Positions 57,471 to 64,000 of a stretch of DNA of 64,000 nt are shown piece after piece. The notes under the pieces were generated by a model. That model ran no database searches, was not told where the DNA came from, and saw only the letters and a list, made by a program, of their open reading frames with translations. The translations under genes were made by a program, and so were the position numbers. This stretch comes from Lama guanicoe (lineage: Eukaryota). The stretch is from positions 4,423,957 through 4,487,956 of the forward strand of contig MU053881.1 in NCBI GenBank assembly GCA_013239625.1. Direction: 5' to 3'. Numbering within the stretch: the stretch's first letter is position 1; the number at the start of each line of letters is the position of its first letter.

Positions 57471-58949
57471 GTCTCCTCATCGGCGCCTGAGACAGTCATC
57501 AGCTAATCCTCCGACTGGGTGATCACGTGTGTGACGCGGACACAGAGGAAAAGCAGAGGAGGGTTCCTGACCCCTTGGCCTGACCATGAGCCCCTCCCAC
57601 TACAGAATGCCGGGGAGCCTCTTGTTGGCCCGGTTCCTCTGTGTCACCCAACCCTGTCCTCTGATTGTGCAGGAACTTCAGACCCAGTGATGTTCTGGAG
57701 ACCAAGGCCCCCAGGTGGGGAGCGAGTCGCCTGAGGCCTCTTCCCAGTCAGCTGCCGGGGAGCACATTTCAAATTCTGATAGAGGCCCCAGCTCGTTCGA
57801 TGCCAACAAACTCATCCCCACTGAACATGAAGCATCTTCAGCAATGCCAGGCATGACATCCACTGCACCCCTGGTCTAAAACCTTCCATGGCTCTCCACA
57901 GACCTTGGCTGGATACTCAAGGTCGGCTCTGGCTTGCCCTGTGTGCCCTCCTCACCCTGCCCGGCTCTTCAGCACCACAGAGCCTGGTCCTGGCCAAACT
58001 GCCCCAGTGCACATCCCGCACAGAACGAGCGTGCTCTTCCCTGCCTTAGTTCATTGCTCCCCCAGCCAACACCTTCCCTTCCTGCTGCCTTCATCTGTCC
58101 CTTCCTGATCTCTCTCCCAAGGACCCAAACCAACCCCTCCAGGAGGCCTTTCTGAAGTGTGACCGAGTGTGGCCACTCTCTCCTGAGTCCTTCTGTTTAA
58201 GTCAGCTTGTTCTCCATGACAAAAACCCAACTGGGAGAAGAGGCTTACAAATCTACACACGCCCAGGCCAGCGTGGACCTAGGGCTGGTGTGAGGATGGC
58301 GGGGAGCTGCCTCTCCATCTCTCAGCCTGCTTCCCCCACCCACCTTTGGGCAGTCTCTCCCAGGTGGCAGCCCCTGGAGGACCCTGGCTCACTTCCTGCC
58401 AGCGTGGCCAGCCCATGGACAGGGAGGTCCTCTCTCCTCTCTCCCATAGCTCCAGCAAAATCCTTCAGCTGACTTCTCACTGTGGCCAGAGAGAAGGGTC
58501 AGCCCCGCCCAGACCACATGGGGTGAGACTAGAGGAAGCGTCCTTTCCCAAAGGAACAAGTTTCTGGAAGAAGAGGGCTTGGATGCTGGCCAGGCACACA
58601 CAGCAGATGTCATCGGCCCTTTGGCTGTACGTCTCTGTAATTCCGCACCTTACCCCGCCGTGCCCCTGGCTGGCTCGCCCCTGCAGCCCCTCCCGGGCAC
58701 GGCATTATGCCCCACCCAGAAGTTTATGGAAATAAACTCTGATAATTGACCTGATCTCCGCTAGGGAAGACCTTGATGTATATATGGCCTCAAGCATCAG
58801 GTCTGTTCATTTTCTCTCTCTAAATAGACAAAAGCTCCCTGAGAGCAAGCCTGGCGTCTCCTTCCTCAGTGTCATTCGTGGTCTACCGTAGCACTAGGCG
58901 CCTGGCTGACCAATAACTCTATTTATGAGAACCCGAGAGGACATCACGG

Positions 58950-59580
58950 AGAGAACAGAGGCTTCTCAGTTGGACGGAACTGGGTTTAAATCGAGGTTCC
59001 TTCCACCTCTTAGTAGCCATGCCTTTGTCAAGGTATCAGTCAGGATTCAAGCGGGGAAGAGGCTACCAGGGTCATGGAATAAAGGCTTTACTACTGGAGA
59101 TGACTCTTACACCACTGAGAAGGAAGGTCAGGACAGGGGAGGGGGAGGGTCAGATGGCTCATTGGCCCGTGGATCTGGGAGGCCAAGTGGGACTGGGAAG
59201 GGGGAACTGGCGGAGGAGACACCAGGGGACTGCTGCCTCCATGCATCTGCCACAAGTGCCCAGGGGAGACTGGACATGGAGCTGAAGACAGCAAAGCTCC
59301 CCCAGGTGCCACTGATACCTCTGCATCTCGCTGTCACCACATCCAACGAAGTCCACCACGGTGAGTGTGGCCACTGCTCACCTCCACTGCCTGATTCCTG
59401 CACACGTGCCTCTTCCTGCCAGAGCACACCCTGAGCCACGCAGGGAAGGGGATTCTGGAAAACACAGTCCAAACCACCACGGTCAAATATTGGGCTCCTC
59501 TGAGCCTGTTTCCTCATCAGTGAAATGGGGATGTTACTGCTTCATGTAAGACACGACGGGTATGCAAATTCTATTGATCA
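58950..59580 (+). mobile_element. MIR split by an ERVL LTR
   Basis: 5' half 'ctgggtttaaatcgagg...ccatgcctttgtcaag'; 3' half 'ctctgagcctgtttcctcatcagtgaaatgggga'. Confidence 0.7.
59032..59470 (-). mobile_element. ERVL solo LTR (LTR40/LTR41-like)
   Basis: 'gtatcagtcaggattcaagcgggga', 'cagggaaggggattctggaaaacacagtcc'. Confidence 0.6.
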
Positions 59581-59703
59581 TAATTATTATTTTTATAATA
59601 ATAATTTATTATTTTTATTAACCTTTGCCAAAATCTGGTTATTTATGAAAACGTCTGGTCTTTCCCTCCCACCATGGCAGTGCCTTTAAGAACTTCCACC
59701 CTT

Positions 59704-59860
59704 TGTATAGCACAGGGAACCATATTCATTATCTCGTGATAATCATAATGAAAAAGAATATGAAAAGGAATATACATATATATATATTTAGTTGAATCAC
59801 TGTGCTGTACACCAGAAACTAACACAACATTGTCAATCTACTACACTTCAATTAAAAACA
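59704..59860 (+). mobile_element. Short 5'-truncated camelid-type L1 with TSD
   Basis: 'tgtatagcacagggaac...tgaatcactgtgctgtacaccagaaactaacacaacattg'; TSD aagaacttccaccctt (59688-59703) / aagaacttccacactt (59861-59876). Confidence 0.9.
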
Positions 59861-59879
59861 AAGAACTTCCACACTTAAT

Positions 59880-60312
59880 AATTCAGACAGAGAAAGACAA
59901 ATACTGTATGATTTCACTTATACATGGAACCTGAAAATGCTGAACTCATAGAAACAGGGAGTAGACTGATGGCAGTACCAGGGGATGGGGGTAGGGAAAT
60001 GGGAAGATGCTGGTCAAAGGGCACACGCTTTCAGTTATAAGACGGCTACGTTCTGGGGATCTGACGCACAGCACGGGGACCGTGTTAACAATCGCGCTTT
60101 GTACACTTGAAAGCTGATGTGAGAGTAAATCTTAAACGTTCTCACCGTAACAACAGCAACAACATGGTAACCCTGTGAGATGAGGGACGGGTTAACTAGC
60201 CTTTTTAAGTCAACATACGCAGTATGTCCATGTGTCAAGTCATCACATTGTATGCCTTCAGTTTACACAATGTTATATGTCAATTATAGCTCAATAAAGC
60301 TGGGAGGGGGGG
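59880..60312 (+). mobile_element. L1MA9-like 3' end
   Basis: 'cagacagagaaagacaaatactgtatgatttcacttat...caatgttatatgtcaattatagctcaataaagctggg'. Confidence 0.85.
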
Positions 60313-61999
60313 AATCCTATCTCTAAAGCCCACGGCAGTGGCCTCAGAGGGCACCGTGACCAAATTTACGTCTCGCACTTTAAGCAACATTAATTATTGC
60401 CCCAAAGGAACGGCCTCACGTCCACCGTGCTCTGGCCTTTCATAGAACCAGGGTGCTCTGGTCCACTGGCCCACTGGGAGATCATGCTCATTTCCCACCT
60501 GGATTGTTTCTGGGGTCCTATTGGTATGAGAATCGGATGGGTGGCCTGCGGTTCCAACCACTGGCAGCCTGGAGAGAGCCCCAGTTCCTTGGGGCTCCTA
60601 GCTGCACTTTGCCTCCCCAGACGATAAAACTAAATGAACGCCTTGCCAGGAAGCAGCAACCATCCTGCGACTTCAGAAGGCATCTTTCCCTGGGCTGGAG
60701 GGGGCTGGCAAGAGGAAGGGATACCTCAGCTGCCTGGGGGAGGGAGGGAGAGGGAGAGAGAGAGAGAGAAGGAGAGCAGTTGTAATACCATGGCAACGCT
60801 GAACACTCCAAATGGATTTGTTTAATTTGAGGACCAATATTCAGGGAAACAGAAGGACAGCTTTCTCTGGGCTGCTCACAGGTCCCTGAGGCTGGTTCAG
60901 ATGAGAACTGGGCTGGCTGGGTGGTTGAGACCTGGTGGAAGGGACCCACCTCCTCGGAGCTAAGGTAACTGAGGCTCAGAGAGGGGAAGGACCAGTTCAT
61001 AGTCACCTAGTTTGTCAACAGCAGCTTCAGCGAACAAGTCAATGGCCCATTTGTTCCTTTAGGGAACAAAGATTTACTGAGCGCCTTCTATGTACCAGGC
61101 GCTTTTCCAGGTGCTGGAGGTACCGCACGGAACGCACATGTATAAAATTACCTTGCTCTAATCTCGGTGCAAGCACATGCGGTGAGCTGCTTGACGCCTA
61201 CAGACAAGACTCCAGACACCCGCCAAGTTCGCACACCCAGTCTGCCTGGACTCGGGGACCCGGAGTGCCCTCGCCTCTCTTCCACACGCTTGCTGGAGTG
61301 ACTCTGAGATCAGAGCTGAGGGAGCCTCACCACCGAGACCCCGGGGCGCTGGGTCCCTGGGGGCTGGGAGAGGCGCACAGGAAAGAGCGCTGGGAACACG
61401 CGACCCCAGGGCAGCAGGCCCTATTGCAGTAGGAGGCTGCTTGGGCCGTGAAAACCGGGGAACAGGACTTGCTCTGTGTCAGAAAGATCTAAGTTCAAAG
61501 GCAAGTCGCTTGACCTCTCTGTCCAGTGGGGGATGTGAGGTGTGAAGAAAAGAGGATGATGCACCTGGAGGGGGAGCTCGGAGTAAGTACCCTCTAGACA
61601 GAAGCTGGGATGCATTCACCTGTGAGTGGGCAGGGAGTCCCAGGGCACAGGGTGTGCCACTGCCGGCTCTGGCCCACGACTGTGTCCCATGACGTCCCAC
61701 CTTCCTTCTCCCTAAGAAGCCGAGGAAGCCAACCACTGTTCAGGGACCCAGCACAGCCCTTGCTTGGTGTCCCCTGGCCAGGGGGCTAGTATTTACGAAC
61801 CGCATGCACGGACAGCAGCACTTGGCCCCATCTAGACAATGTGTCATCACCACAGCCTTTCCAGACTGACTCAAGGGGAGGAGTGACGGTGACGCTGCAC
61901 TCCCAGGGCCACCCTCCAGTTTACATAGATTAGTCACTGATCCCAGGGCCCGAGTTTCAGAGCTGAGACATCCCCAGGAAGGCAGAGAATCATGGAACC

Positions 62000-62620
62000 C
62001 AGTGGTTCCCAAGCCTGGGGGCTCGTCAGATTCACCTGGGAGCTTCTCTGTTGCTAGCGTGAGCCTGGTTCCCTTCTGCATGCACACTGTGGAGCTCTCC
62101 AGCCGTACAAAAGGGTATTCAGTAAAGAGTCCCCACAGGAAGCAACCACTCTTTCTTATGTACTTTCCAGAAGGCAATCCATATACATGCAAGCAGAAGT
62201 ATTCTCTGCAGACCTGGACGCCCAGCCCACACACTGCTCTGCTCCCTACTCTTCTCATTATCAGCGGATTTTGAATGCAGGTATCAATATACCAGGTCGT
62301 GAAGATGTAACTCGTTTTTTAACGACTGCATAGTATTCTGTCGTAGGGAACTGGCCCCTTACTGACGGACGTCTGCGGACATTCTAATGCTGCGCTCAGG
62401 CAAACAGGGCAGCAGCAAGCGTCCCAGCACTTAAATTTCTTTACGCACAAATCTTTGTGTGCTTTCGTGAGTTCACTAAAGGATGTTAGGCAGCTTTAAA
62501 ATGACAGACGCCTGGGCCTTCTCAAAGATATTTGGATTCCATTGGCCTCAGGCGACAGCTGGGAATCTGCATTTTGAAAAGCACCCCCATAATTCGGAAG
62601 GACACTCCCATTGGGAGTTT
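62000..62620. mobile_element. MER5-family MITE split by an L1ME fragment
   Basis: Left 'cagtggttcccaagcctggg...attcacctgggagctt'; right 'ttaaaatgacagacgcctgggcc...gggaatctgcattttgaaaagcacccc'. Confidence 0.65.
62095..62485 (-). mobile_element. L1ME-type 3' fragment
   Basis: 'gcaaccactctttcttatgtactttccaga', 'ttttttaacgactgcatagtattctgt'. Confidence 0.65.
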
Positions 62621-64000
62621 CCCGGCTCATCCTGTAAAAGAGGAGTGTGCTGCCCTGTGAAACTCAGTGGCCTGTGTCAGGCCCCTGATGCCCAGGTCGG
62701 GGGCTGGGGTCACACCCAGAGAAAGGCCTTGCCTCGTCACCACTCCCAGTGACTGAGCAGGGGGCGTCCCTGAGCGCACGCCACACTCTCCCCAAGAAGC
62801 AGCGATCATTAGTCAAGTGGCCCTGGAGCCTGGCTGATCCCAACCAGTCCCAACTTCATGTAACTTTGTTACATGTGATGTCTGGAAGCACACACAAGAA
62901 GCCGGAAACAGTGGCTGCCTCGGGGGGGAAGACTGGGCATGCGGGGATCAGGGTAAGGAAGGGGACCTTTCAGTGATGAACACAGGAATTATTATTAGCA
63001 GTACAATTTACAAATCTGCTGAGTGAGAACAGAGGTAGCCACAGAGCATCTGGGGCTGCTACTTTTACTAACTGGACGATCTTGCACAAGTTGCCTACGT
63101 TCTCTGAGCCCCAGGCAGGCAGCGCTCCAACACTGCTGGGCGCAGTCAATGCTACATCAGTCCGTGGACGTGAAACACCGGCAGTAGCTGCAAACTGCGA
63201 CCCCAGCAGCAGCGTAAGGCATCATAAGACAGGGAGAAGCAGGGGAGGTTTTTACCATTCTGTAAAAGGGCAGAAGAACACCGAGAAACAAAGGCCGTGA
63301 GCTTGAGGCTGGCCATGGGGCAAGGTCAAGGATGAGGGTGGCATGGCTGCCCAGCCTCTCTGAGGGCCTCTGCGGCCACCGTAGGCCTGGCTCAGGCTCC
63401 CTGCGGAAGTCTCCACCTTCAGGTCCTGGACCCAGTGAACAAGGACATTCAGGGGGATGTTTCCTGCCCAGGATGGCTCCACAGGGCCACATGTGTGCAC
63501 GGAGAGAGACATCCCTCCAGGGGCCCTGGGCCGGGCCTCGGAAAACAGGAGCTGCCTGCCTCTCAGCAGGGAGTTGCCCTGGCTGGCCTCCCCTGGGAAC
63601 CAGCAGCGTTTCACAGGATGACAAGAGCTCAGAGAAGCAAAAGCCAGCGGAGACGTGGAAGATGGGCCTGGAGTCCCTGGTGAATTATCTTAACTCTGGG
63701 GGGAAATATCAGAATGTTTTGGAACCCTTTCTGGAGCTTGTGAAAACAAAATTGCTTTTTTCCTGTTGGAACAAAGGCAGCGGGTATGTTTCCCTCTCGA
63801 GGACCTAAACTGGGATGATGCTTTTGAGAGAAAGTCCGAAGCTGGGCTTCTGGGGGCCAGATCTGGTGTGTGAATGTCTTCTCCAACCCCCTTCCTCCTG
63901 ACTCAGACAAGATGGAGGAATTTGAATACTTAGAGCTTTTGAAGCATTGGAGGATCTAACGATCTTGGGCCAACCCACACACCTAGCAGCAACAGGCATG

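Noticed and set aside
1..64000. The many 60-190 aa ORFs in the supplied track
   Set aside because: None resembles a protein family I recognise apart from decayed L1 ORF2 peptides. They overlap on both strands, are rich in Pro/Gly/Ser/Arg as expected of GC-rich non-coding DNA, and form no consistent exon chain.
1..64000. Assignment to a named locus or gene desert
   Set aside because: There is no exon or other diagnostic sequence I can recognise; a BLAT of the unique islands is needed.

Overview
Mammalian, GC-rich, apparently non-coding DNA (gene desert or a large intron). Three copies of a tRNA-derived SINE of the camelid Vic-1 type, artiodactyl-style L1 3' ends, and no Alu, B1, Bov-A/tA, PRE-1, SINEC or ERE copies point to a camelid genome (camel, alpaca or llama). 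I find no credible protein-coding exon or structural RNA gene, and the supplied ORFs look like chance ORFs in GC-rich DNA and repeats. Much of the window is decayed transposable elements: many MIR and L2 fragments, L1 of several ages, MaLR/ERVL solo LTRs and hAT-Charlie MITEs, often nested. Between them lie several 1-3 kb repeat-free islands rich in transcription-factor motifs (candidate enhancers). The most unusual feature is an ancient inverted duplication of non-repeat DNA with arms about 33-35 kb apart (arm A ~1200-2880, arm B ~35570-36260). Arm A carries an MLT1D LTR and an L1ME fragment that arm B lacks, so the duplication predates those very old insertions. Even so, the core still aligns ungapped at 91/110 and 46/55 identities (hand count), which suggests constraint or concerted evolution. 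Repeat family names come from recalled consensus sequences, not a RepeatMasker run, and boundaries are approximate. I could not identify the locus.
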